DNA from: Euglena gracilis | Lineage: Eukaryota | Length of the DNA stretch: 64,000 bases | NCBI GenBank assembly: GCA_039621445.1 | Contig: CP154954.1 | Coordinates: forward strand, 48,773,847 to 48,837,846 | Direction of reading: 5' to 3' | Shown: in pieces, positions 1 to 11,800 of the stretch | Numbering within the stretch: position 1 is the first letter of the stretch | Layout: every line of letters begins with the position of its first letter | Notes under the pieces: model-generated | Database searches by the model: none | What the model was told of the DNA's origin: nothing | What the model saw: only the letters and a program-made list of their open reading frames with translations | Position numbers and translations under genes: made by a program

Positions 1-510
1 GTGTGACGCACGCACTCAAGGAGCCAAATCTTATATCTGGAAAAGCAGTGTGTGTGTGTGTGTGTGTGCAGAGTGAGGCATTTCCGAAAACATACCGCCA
101 CAGAAAAATTATAAGTTACTATTGTGCCTAAAAAACAACAAAAGCAAAATTAACAAGCCTCTCCAAAATCAGGTTCCCAAAAAACCATCCCTGGATTGAC
201 TGAACAAGGACCCCCCCCAAAAAAAAACACTCCCCCTCCTCGCATTTGGAGGTGAAGCGCTGGACGCTGAAAAAATATTTCAAATCTTCCAAAAACCATA
301 ATTTCAAACAGAAAAAAATTATTTGGGGATCATCGAGGCCAGTCAGTATAAACGCCGAGTTTCGCAGGTCAAATATGAAGCAAAAGTGCCAAATTTTTTT
401 GGGTCGTTGGAAATTCAAAATTTCCCCCGCACTTTTCCCCAAGGCCTCCAATCTCGATTCCACCCCCCCCCCCCGTGTCCCAGCGAGCGTCCGGGCCCCG
501 CCCTGCGCGG

Positions 511-2081
511 GATCGACACCACTGCGGTGGATTTCTTCTGCATGCCGGTCGCCCTCCACTTCGAGGGCCGGCCCGGCACCGCCGTCGGCCTCGCCCAGCC
601 CCGCGCCGCCGTGCTGCGCACCGTGGCGGACGCCTTCGCCGGCCCCTGGGGCCGCCTGCGCCTCACGCACCCCGCCCGTCCCGGTGAGGGAGCCGCCGCC
701 ATACACGCGTGCGCGTGCGGTGCGAGACTTGCCGCCACGTTCCCCCCTTCCCTTGGGGCCCCCCGCGTGGGACGCCGGCAACCCGGACGGCAAAGAAGCG
801 GTCCTCCGCATCCTGGCGCCCAACAAGGCCATTGCGCAGGGGCACTCCCAGGCCGACGGTTCTTCTTTCCGCTCGGGAACCGAAGCGCCCGAGAAATTTT
901 TTGTGCATCCTCTTTCAGCAGAGTCAGTGTCGCCGGTGCAGAATATGCTGTACCCAATTTGGACACAGTTCCGCTTGATGGGTGGTGGATGTGGACTATT
1001 GTCGCATCCACTGGTTTCCGGCGGGGGTACCTGCGAATGGCACACCTGGGAACCAATTTTCCCCGGTGCACTTTCCCCCCGGCCGATTCCCTCTGGCCTT
1101 GGCCGTCGGGACCCAGCCGAGAACTTCCCCGCAGACTACCTGCAGACCGCCATCCAGGCTGTCTGGACCCACTACCGAGCCTCCGGGGCCAGCCCGGCCA
1201 CGGCCCGGTTCACACTGGGAAAACCTGCAAATGCCTATGGATGGCTGGGACCCCGCCAAGGTGCATATCTGTTTTGCCTCAGCTGTGGAGCCGTCGAGCC
1301 AAAGCAGCACAATGTCATGCATCGGTCCCAGTTTGCCTCAGCTTGGCAAGCAGTTCTTACACAAGACCAGGCAATTTTCTGACTGCTAGTTTTTTTATTT
1401 AATTTTTCAAAATCAAAATACAGGGGCGTGGTGTGTGAGGTGCACGGAGAACTCCGGGTTCAGGTGCCTATGTGGGTACAGTCCACGTTTGCCGCAACTC
1501 CGCGCTCTTCCACACCCGTGGCGTTGGGTGGGGCACCTTGTCGGGGGGGCGGGGCCGGGCAGTGCGTTGGAGCCCCGCGGACCACGTGCTGCGGGTGGAC
1601 TGCGGCGAGCTGATCGGCTTCGGCTTCCCGCTGAGCGACGTGGCCGGCGGCAAGCTGACCGCCGCCAACGCGCTGTTCACCGGCTGGGTCACCGCAGACG
1701 GCGCCACCTTCCACTTCGAGAACTCCACAAAGAACCAGGCAGCCCCAGGGTGACAGGGTGTGGGTTGGGAGGTATGGAGGGGTGGCCGGGGGCCGGGCTG
1801 CCTGTCGGGGACGTGGTGAGGGTCGCCCTCCCGCAGTCCAACCAGGTCTTCGGATGCGACGGCGGCTCGATGACGTGCGTCCCCAACACCGCGGCCTCCG
1901 TTGTGGTGCGGGAGTTGGGGGCGGCGGCTGCCACGCTGCCTGTGCGGCTCGGGGGGTGGGGGAGGTGCGTTGGAAGACAACGGGGTCTTGTTTCCGTCCC
2001 CCACTTTTATGTTTCATCGTTGATCAATTGTATTCAGAACGCAGCTTCGTGTCTGAGCCTCCTCCTACGGTACCCCCGAAC

Positions 2082-2132
<51 letters not shown>

Positions 2133-4943
2133 CGGCGGGTTGCAAAAACATATGCACACATGTGGGACAACACAATGTCCCCATTCTAGGGACAGCACTC
2201 TGGTCCAAACACCTGCCCAGTTTGAGCTGTGGGCTTTCCCAGCCAGTTGTGCTGCCGACAAAAGTCCCCCAAACGAGAGATGGGGAACGTGACAAAAATG
2301 TGAACGTTCGAGCTCAACTCCTTGAACGCTTTTAAGTCCCCTTCCCCTCAAAGGGGGACTTAGCCTCCTTGAACCACCTCAAATGCCATTTGAGGAGTCT
2401 TTCGAGCCTCCTCGAATGTCGTTTGAGCACGTTTGATGAGCCTCCTCCCACGGAGCCGCCTACCGTACCCCTGCCCCCCCCCCCCTGCTCCACGCGGGCG
2501 CCATTCCCCCAGGCAGTGGGGCCCGCCCGATGACGGTCGGGCTGCTGCCGTTGCCGGACCGGATGAAGAACCCGGCCACCGGGAAGCTGGAGGACGTCGC
2601 CCTCTGTCGCTCCTTCTTCACCCGGCAAAGGTGGCCCCGTGGCAGTGGGGGCTGGGCCGGTGCTTTCTCTGCCTTGGCTGAGTAGCCGATGTCTGTCTCC
2701 TGAGGTCGGCCGACCTCACAGTTTGGTATTGGGGGGGGGAAGGGCACCCTCACCGATGGGCTGCCCTTCCCCCCGGCCGGACGTCAAGAAGCTCTTCTAC
2801 ACCAACAGCCCGGCCCTCCCACCCACCCCGGCCGGCCCGGCCTACAACCTGTACTCCAAGGTGCTCCACTCCTTCGGCGACAAGGTGTACGCGTTTGCGT
2901 TCGACGATGCGGTGGGCAGACTTTTGCTGCAGGACCGATTTCCCCCATGGGAATCCACTGGTGTGTGCGTATCTGTTCGATCTCACCCAGGCTTCTGAAT
3001 GGCTTTCCCTTCCATCCCATGGGAAGGAAAGGCTTTTTTTTCACCTGTTTAACAATCATCACCCTCTCCAGAATCATGAGTGTATTCCAAACATTCCAGC
3101 CCCTCAGGAACCAGGGAGAGGTGAGGTCGCGGCTCTCTCTCACCCAGTTACTGGACCCTCCAGGTTTCTCCGCAAAGGTCTGACTGGGGGAGAGGATAGC
3201 ACGCTGCACTCCAGTGACACTGCCCCAGGGCTCCCATAGTGAGTTTCAGTCAGAGGCTTTTTCTGAAATAACTTTTGAAAGGAGAGACGCTTCCCTCCTT
3301 GTCATATGCCTAACCGACATGCTGTGACAGGAGTGTTGGCACCTTTGCCAGACATCTGGGAAATGGTGTCACAAGACCCAGAATCCCGTTTCAAACATCC
3401 ACGGGAGGATTCTCTGCGAGGACGACTGTCGGTCGTCCTTTCTCTTAGTCATCGGGGGAAACACATGAATGCGAACGTGTGCTCTTTTTCTCTTCCTGTC
3501 GCTTGCTGTTGGCCTGGGAAAGGGGTTTCTGCCCCCCATGATTGCCACTGCCCATTGCCAGCCGGGAGCACCGGTGATGTTCCCAGTGCCTTCGCCTTGC
3601 CAGCCCCCTGCCTGCCATTTGCCATATACCATTTGTCATCTCGTCATTTGGGGCCCTGGCTGGGACCCAAATGTTCCGGACGTCAGCACACCGTACGTCG
3701 TGGTCCTGGGGGACATGACCGGCTCCGTCCTGCCTGTCCAGCCGTCGGCCCCCCGTGCTCACAACCAGATGTCTTCCCAGGGCCAAAACAGGAATGCACG
3801 GGGTTCAGACCACCCACCAGCTACCCCTTCCCATTGTTTCAGAGTCGCCGATTTTCAGGTCGAATTTCCCTTGTCTGGTGCCATGGTGGGTGGTAGTCCA
3901 ACCACCCAGCCCACCCCCTCCCCCCCAACCTCCCGGGCGGTGGAGGTGCACCCATCCCTCCCAGGCTTTCCTGCACCGCCCTCATCTGCCCCTAAACATC
4001 GCTTCCGTTCCCTCCTCCCCTACCACAGCCCCAGACAAGGACCACTGGGGCGACGGATGGCGGTGACATCCACGACGACACGCACTACCACGTCACCCTC
4101 ACTCCGGGCTGGGGTGGCAAGGGGACCTACGTAGCGCCGGATGGCAAAACGTTGGACTTTGCGTGGCCGTCCAACTGTGTCATCCCGACCCAGCCCTTTT
4201 CATGGGCCGGCCACGGTCAGAGAACAGAGGTTGCCGGTCGTTGGCCATAGGGGGGAGCACAAAAATCAGAAAGGGAGGTGTATACGTCTCACAAATTCCC
4301 AGAAATCTTGTGATGTGAGAGGCTACCCAACCGATGCTTTGGATGAGTACATGAGACGTTTGCAAAGCATGACCTCACAAAGCATCTTCAACATCAATCT
4401 TCAACACAGGGGCTGAAAAGATTGCTCACAAGGCCCAAAGGCAGATTCTGTGTCAGCAGGCTATGGTGCCCATGTGTGAGTGGGCTCCGCAGACATTGAC
4501 AAGTTACGTCAATACATTGGTTGTTATCCTCAAAAAATGGAAGCTGACTTTTTGCTTTTGGGGCGATTGCATGCCTTTGTCTTGCGTTTTCCCTTGTTTT
4601 CCACCGCCAAAATGACGTTGGCACAGACCGCTGCGATAGCTGAGGCTTCCTTGGGATCCCTGCCAACCCCAACTGCATCACTGGTGAGATTAAAATGCCA
4701 GGTGGATGTGCCGGCCAACAGTGTGCGGGGTTTCAACGAAGTCCTTGCTTTGCCAAGTTGTGTGGCCTTGAGCTTCTGCTTACCTCAGGTGACACTTCTG
4801 GTTTGTTGGTGTAGTTTTTCCAGAGCACCCACCCCTACGTTAGTGCTAATTGCATTTCTGGTGGAAAAAGTTTTGTTGGATTTTCTGTACAGCGTGCGGG
4901 CAACATATTGCGTCCAAAAATATGATCCGTGCAGGCCTGTATA

Positions 4944-4996
<53 letters not shown>

Positions 4997-6346
4997 TGGA
5001 AACCCCCCTCCGTGTCAACGACACTTTTCTGGACCTTTTTTTCCACGTGTTGGCCAAAGTTCTTTCAAGGAAATTCAGCCAAGGCACTTAGTAATTGTGT
5101 CACATTTTCTTCCCAGCCATGGCCTCGAATGATTTCAATGAATTTGGTGATTGGGTGCAATATGAGAGGTCAAGGTCACCATGCATACATGGGACCGGTC
5201 ATTGTTGCCAGCGGGGCCTTTTTTTTATGGTACCGTTGTCGCAGCATGTTGTTGTTGGCAACCCTCCATGCCAACAGCATTTCCTGGAACATTGGTGTGC
5301 CTTGGACAGGAGCCTAGAGCCCTGGGGTGGAAGGATCAAAAGGGGTGGGGTTGGTGCCGACCTCCTGCCGTGTCTCCCTCCCCCCCTGGACCTCCCCCCG
5401 GACCACCGGCAAGGCAGAGGGGGGGGGTTTACATTTGTGCGGTTTGGGTGGTTCATTTCTTCCTTTGCCCCGGAAGGGCTGCCGCGGACGTGGCGTGCCC
5501 CTTCCGCTTCCAGTACGACGTCGGGGCGGGGCGGGACACGTTCGAGGTGGCGGTCAACGTGCGACGGGTGCGGTGCCTCAGCAGCGCGGCGAAGGTCTCC
5601 CTCGGCGTGGACTGGCACGTGGAGGGGACGGCGGTGACCAGGGGTTTCCTTCCGCCGGAGGGCTACCCCTGGTGGGGAGGGAGGCCAGACAGCCAGTGCC
5701 TTTTTTTCCCCAGCCAGCAGCTCCCAGCCAGGCTGCAGACCCCCTCCCCTGGGGGGGGGGGTCCGCTGAAACAAAGTTGGGGCCAGTTCGGAGAATCTGG
5801 GCTGGACCGAAGCGAAGTGCCATTTTTTTTTTTAGGGAAAAGGGGGTCAAAATGGCAAAAAAAATGGCATTTTTGGGATTTCACCTCCCAATTTTGGCTG
5901 AAAATTCCAACCCAACTGGATTTTGGCTCTTTTCGCCTGTTTTTTGGAGGTAGCACCCACGTCCACTTCCAGCCAGTCCCCCCACCCCCCACAGGGCTGT
6001 ACGGGAATCCCTGAAACCCAATGGGTGGTGGATGGGGGAGGGTTGACCACCCCACCCCATCCTGGTAGTAGGGTCCGACCCCCCCCACCAGGCCTTCCCG
6101 TATTTCTAGTTTGTAAATTTCCTTCGCAGCCTTTGACGCCGAAGGAATTTTTTTTGAGCAAGTGCTGTGGTGGGGGGGGTCGACCAACCCCCCCCCCCCT
6201 CCCACCTCCCGTGGGGGGTTGACTCCCCCCACCAGGCCTTCCCATACAGCCCTGCCCTCCCCCCCAAGGGTTTGCAGGACCCCCCCCCCTGAGCCTCAAG
6301 AAAACCCCTGGTGGCGACCCTTTCCTTGGAGGGCGCCCCACGCTAA
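511..6346 (+). CDS. Glycoside hydrolase family 64 beta-1,3-glucanase, multi-exon, 5' part upstream of window (copy 1)
   Basis: Spliced exons give IDTTAVDFFCMP (from 511), VLRILAPNKA, FPADYLQTAIQAVWTHY, QVFGCDG, YNLYSKVLHSFGDKVYAFAFDDAVG (GH64 C-terminal motif), then a C-terminal extension ending TLSLEGAPR-TAA (6316-6346). In-frame introns: 1751-1809, 2914-3187, 3736-4064, 4188-5486, 5636-6315. Confidence 0.85.
5636..6315 (+). other. Non-conventional intron retaining hAT-MITE-like TIR and 8-bp TSD remnant
   Basis: GCGGT|GAC-CAGGGGTTTCCTT ... AAGAAAACCCCTG-GTGGC|GAC. TIR matches 12/13; flanks GCGGTGAC/GTGGCGAC match 6/8; removal restores the frame (EGTAV-TLSLEGAPR*). Copy 2 equivalent is 33597-34293. 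Confidence 0.8.
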
Positions 6347-7391
6347 GCAAGCCAGCCGGGGGGACCACTCTGGCCACCGCCACGCAGCATCAGTGCCTTT
6401 CCCCTTCCCTCCTCCACTCTTCTGAAACGGATTTGCTTCTATTGTCCGGCGCAGGTACTGAAGGCCGCTTTTTTTGGTTTGGGGTGTGAGGGTATTCACG
6501 GAATTCCTTCCCTTTACTGTCAACCATCTCCCGACAATCCACCTGTTGACCATCACCACTCCTAATTGTGTTTTTGTTGTTGTCGTTGTTGATGATGTGC
6601 TGAACATATATTCCATAACAATCTTCCAAAATAAAAGTTGAGGATTTTATTTTTTGTCCCATGACCCGCATCGTCAGTCAGCTGCTCATGATTGGCCCTC
6701 CGTGTCCCGTCGACACCGTCCGCACCAGCGCCAGCCCCCTTCCGTTTCCCATTTGTCCGCTTTGCCGACCCATATGTTCACCATAAACCCATCCTGTTGC
6801 TGTTTGGCAACTTGGAAGCCAGGTCCGAGCCACCCTGCGTCTCTTTTCCCACAACGATGAAAGATGAGCCGCCCGCCCTCCAAGTGCATCCCCTGGGGAG
6901 GCACAATTATGCTCTGGGGCAGCCTTGGCGAAGCCGATTCATTTGGGGAATCCCCCAAATATTAGCAAAGCGTTTCTTATATTTGGGGTCCCTCAAGTTT
7001 GCCATGTGGACTGAGGGGTAAATTTTGGACGAAATGGCCAACAAAAAGAATGTACGTTTTCCAAGAAAGGTGACACATTTTTTTTTGAAGAGAGTGCATG
7101 CTTTAGATTTCAAAAAAAGCATCTGGAGCAGGAAAAGAATAAATGTGGTGAACTCGGATATTTGATTGCCTGATGTTTGCTTGGATTTTGAGGTTTCCTT
7201 TCATGTTGCATTTACCTGCGTTTTCTGGGGTTGATTAAACGTGCCTATGAGCTGCTTCTCCAGCGCATTGCTTCAATTTGGGGCAGGGAATGTCTGAAGA
7301 CAGACCCCACCCTACCTCTGGGGGTCCAGCCAGCCAGCACCTTCCAGCCAGCATCTCCCAGCCGATCCGGGGGGGGGGGGGGGGAAATATA

Positions 7392-7621
7392 ACCCCCCCC
7401 CCCCCAAATAACACACCCCCCCGGTGTGTTATTTGGGCACCCGAACTGGGGCCCCAGGGGGGGGTGTGTTATTTGGGGGGGGGGTGTTATTTTTACATGG
7501 AAAACCAAAGGAAAACAGGGGGGTGTGTTATTTGGGCGCTCGAAATCGGCCCCCGAGGGGGGGTGTGTTATTTGGGGGGGGGGGTGTTATTTGGGGGGGT
7601 GTGTTATTTGGGGGGGGGGTT
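7392..7621. mobile_element. MITE with TA target duplication (Tc1/mariner-like), private to copy 1
   Basis: TIR A-poly(C)-AAATAACAC / GTGTTATTT-poly(G)-TT, flanked by TA on both sides. Empty site GGAAATATAGTCTTCG at ~35362. Confidence 0.8.
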
Positions 7622-8406
7622 TAGTCTTCGCACCCGTCAAAGCCGGGATGGACTGAATATTTTCTGGATAAGGCGGTCAGAAATGCCAAATGTGGTATTT
7701 TTGATCGTTTTTTTAGGGGGGGTTCGCCTCTGGTTTTTGGCTGAAAAAACCCAGGTGTATTTTCCTCCCTTGTTTTCGGGTATACCCCCCCGGGAGCCAG
7801 CACCTTTTTTCCAACAGCATCTTTTTCCATCCGTTTTTCCAGCCATAATTGGGGTCCTCAGGAATTCCCTGTGTGGGGGGTCTATTATCATTGTTACATT
7901 GTTGCGCATTAACATAAAAAAAACAGAATCATATTCTGCGTGTTTTTTTAAGGAAAATTTTTCGTCATTTGGCCTCTGTTTAAGTGGGGGGTGCCCCCCC
8001 CTCGTCCTATTGTGCACAGGGTTTTTTCAGCCCCATGCTAAGCTGGTCACGCACTTCATGTCCGCAGCCTGCTTTCGGATCGGTCCAGCTGCCCCCCCCC
8101 CCCCCCAAGCCTGCCCCTCAGCACTCTCTGTCCCGTTCAGTCGTTGCCTGCACGGCGGAGAACACCCACCGACACTATTTCCTGCCACCCCCGTCCCAGA
8201 CTGCCGACCTCGTCGACAGCCGGAACCCCCTCCCAGCCCACACGACGGAAAACCTTCTCGAGAGAAAAAACCTCTGCCCCAGATAACTCACCTCGTCCCA
8301 ATAAAGGCCTGTGCTTTTTTTTCCAGTTCTTGCTGGATTTGGAATGCAGGAGGAAATGCAGCAGGAGGCAGCTGAGCTTCGACTTCGTCCGCTTTATGTT
8401 GGTCCT

Positions 8407-8450
<44 letters not shown>

Positions 8451-8891
8451 GGTGGGTGGGTGGGTGGGTAGTGTTGGAGAACAGGTCCAATGTCAAAGGA
8501 CAACTGGAAACTTTCTGGCATTGCTAATCTGGGCATGGCCCAGCGTGGGGTCAGCAGATGTACCCCATCAGGTAGCAAATGACCCCCAACCATTGTTGGA
8601 GGAGTTGTTGGACCGTTGTTTTCTGCCTGTGTGGCATTGCACGTCAATGCGCGACTTCATACCAGCGTCGACACAAGCGCCCCCAGCGGGGGTCAACTTG
8701 AACACGGCCCCATCCTGAGCCCTGGCAAAGCCCCCCAGCACAGACCTCTTTCCCTACATCCTCCTTGCCGGCGGGGAGCGGTTTAGCCAAAAGCAGATGC
8801 AGACAGGTTGGGTTGAGGGTTCGAGGGCCCGTCTGCCCTTCGCTCCCTTCCACTGCCCTCCAGCTGCAGGCTCGCCTTGGGTTCCGATCCG

Positions 8892-11800
8892 ATGCCACTC
8901 TTCTCCAGCAAGCCGCACCGCTTTGAGGAGACAGAGGAGGTGAGCTGGGACTTCTTTCTGCAGAATGTGGGCACCGGTGTGTGTATGTGTGTGCGTGCGT
9001 GCGTGTGTGGGTGCGTGGGTGTGTGCATGCGTGCGTGGGTGCGTGGGTTTGTGTGTGCATGCGTGCGTGCGTGCGTGCTTGTGTGTGTGTGTGCCTTTAT
9101 TTTTGCTATTTGTGGCAACTTTTTGGGCACTTTTGGCCATCCTTTGGCCATTTTAGGCCGCTTTGGGCTATTTTTGACTGTTTTTAGCCAACTTTTAGCA
9201 ATTTTGGCCGAACCAACATTGTATACAAAAAGATCGTCTCTGACCGGGGGGGGGGGTGGTCGTTAGACAAGCCCGGTCGTTGGACAAGGGGGGGGAGGTA
9301 CATTTTCAAAATCCGGGCCTTCGGCCCGAAACCGGGGGGGGGGGTATTATTTCGGCGGCCGAAGTCGGACCCCGAGGGGGGGGGGTATTATTTGGGGGGG
9401 GGGTTAGAGACACACTGAAAGGGTGGTGCACGTTCTCGAATTCCGAATGGATCCATTGGTGATTTTATTTTTTTTGGAAAAATGATTCGCGCGCGCACAC
9501 ACAAAAATGGTCAAAAGTAACCAAAAACAGCCTAAAGTGGCCAAAAATGGGCAAAGGGGGCCAAAGTGTGGCCAACAGTTGCCAAAAGTGGCCAAAAGCG
9601 ACCAAACATGGCAGGGGGGGGGAAATGCGTTTCGCATTTTTTCGCATTTTTGCGCATTTTTTGCGCATTTTTTCAAATTTTCCAAAAATGCGCATTTTTG
9701 CGCATTTTTTCGCATTTTTTTGCGCATTTTTTTTTCATTTTTTTCAGCGCATTTTTTTGCTTTTTGGCATATTTTTTCGTGATTTTCTAAAATTTTCGCA
9801 TTTTTTGACCATTTTTGCAATTTTTTCCAAAAATTTGAAATTTTCGACTTTTTTTTTGAAACTTACATTTTCCTCATTATTCTACATAATTTCTTCAAAT
9901 TTGGTGCCATTTTTGCATGTTTTTGGGTAATTTTTGCATTTTCGTGATTTTTGCGCATTTTTTCTCGGATTTTGCACATTTTTGCGCATTTTTTCCAAAA
10001 ATGCGCATTTTTTGTGCATTTTTTTGCGCATTTTTGCGCATTTTTGCACATTTTTGCGCAATTTTTCCGAGGCCGGGCGAGCGCATTTCCCCCCCCGACA
10101 TGGCGAAAAGCGGTCAAAAATGCCTAAAAATTCCCAAAAGTGCCCCAAAAATGTCCAAAAATGGCCAAAAGTGGCCAACCGTAGTCAAGAAATACTATAA
10201 ATGGCCAAAAACAGCCCAAAAATGGCCATATACCCCCATCTATGGTAAATTTTCCTCCGACTTGGGGTCCACCCCGCTTGTCTAACGACCGCCCCCCCCC
10301 CCCCTGGTCGGAGACGAACATTGGCCATTTTAGCGACCGCCCCCCAGTCAGAGACGAACATTAGTGGTCGCTGGACAAGGGGGGGGGGAGGTAGGTAAAA
10401 ATGAACCTGAAAATGTAGGTAAAAATCACAGTTTCTGACAACAAATTACGAAAAAAATCGATTTTTCTGGATCATCTGACCTCCAAAAAAATGGTAAATT
10501 GCAACAGAAAGTCCAAAAAATGACCCTAAAGGGGGGTTTTGGCGCTACTTTGGCTTCTACGCGACTTCGAAAAATTTCAAAAAAAATTCGAAAAATAATA
10601 CCCCTCCCCCAAATAATACACCCCCCCTCGGGCCGGGACTTTGGGCGAAAAAATGATACCCCGGGGGGTTATTATTTGGGGGGGTTATTTCAGCCATTGG
10701 CTCGAATGGACACAGAAATCGTCAGATCACACGACCACAAGACGCGACAGAGTCGGCGGCCGCCGACGGCCCGAGGGGAGCAGAGGGCCGCATCAGGGCC
10801 AGCCACACACGCGCGCACACACACATTGATTGCCGCTGCAGGAGACGTCCTCATGCACCACGGCACCGGCAAGAACTCCACCATGATGCAGAAGGGCATG
10901 CAGTGCTATTACAGCCACACCGCCATGTTTGTGCGCAACCCGCGGCCCGGTGTCCCCGTCTTCTCCCTCCCTACCCCTTGATATTAATGATCTGCTTCAT
11001 TTCTTGTGCAAACAGTGAGATTCACCCCCTTTTTGTGATTTCGGCTAGGTGTTGCCGACTTGTTTTTTTGTGACCTCAGGAGATGCCCAAATCCCTCCTT
11101 TTTTATTATTATCATTTTTCCCCCTGGATGGTGGCTTTTTTTTTCAGCGATTGACAGAGCAACGTTTTGCTGCCCGACTGTCATGAAAAACATGTAAAAA
11201 AAACACGAAAAGGGGATGATTAGCAGTTCCTTCGACCATTTTTTCCCTTGGTGCTAGCAGCCTCGGAGCGTGCCCAAAACCTCGTGAAAAACAGGCCGCC
11301 CATTTTTTTTTTCAAACCGGCGAACACCCGTGAAAGAGATTTCTGCAAAAGCCTCCTTTTTGCTTTCTCCTGCATGGATTCTTGGAGCAGGAGTTGTGGA
11401 CCAGTGAAAAACCCATGGCGATCCACGTTGAGAGCAGGTCATCACGTGACCGAGTGGTGAGGGCACCAGTTTCAGGGCTCACAACCGACCAGTGGGGAAG
11501 GGCTCTGGGACACAGTGATGGAAGACGTGCAGAAGGATCTTTTGCAGGGATTTCAGAGGAAGATGATGACCCGCTCATGAAGAGCAAGGGGTGTATTGCC
11601 ACTGAATGGGATGTTGAAAAGTGCAAACTCTTTCGCAATCGCGCAAAGGAGTTGGCGTGTCGAGTTTTCACCCCCAAAGAATGTGTATTTGATGCTGAGT
11701 AACAGCATGTTACACAACTATCCTTTTTTTCAGCCTCTCAGGGATAATGGAAAATGAGGAATTGTGTTTAAAACTCAATTGCGCCATGACAAGTGAGTGA

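Noticed and set aside
128-1402. Overlapping 300-380 aa ORFs treated as single genes
   Set aside because: GC-rich read-through across exon and intron; only short segments match GH64, and the long frames are not preserved in copy 2.
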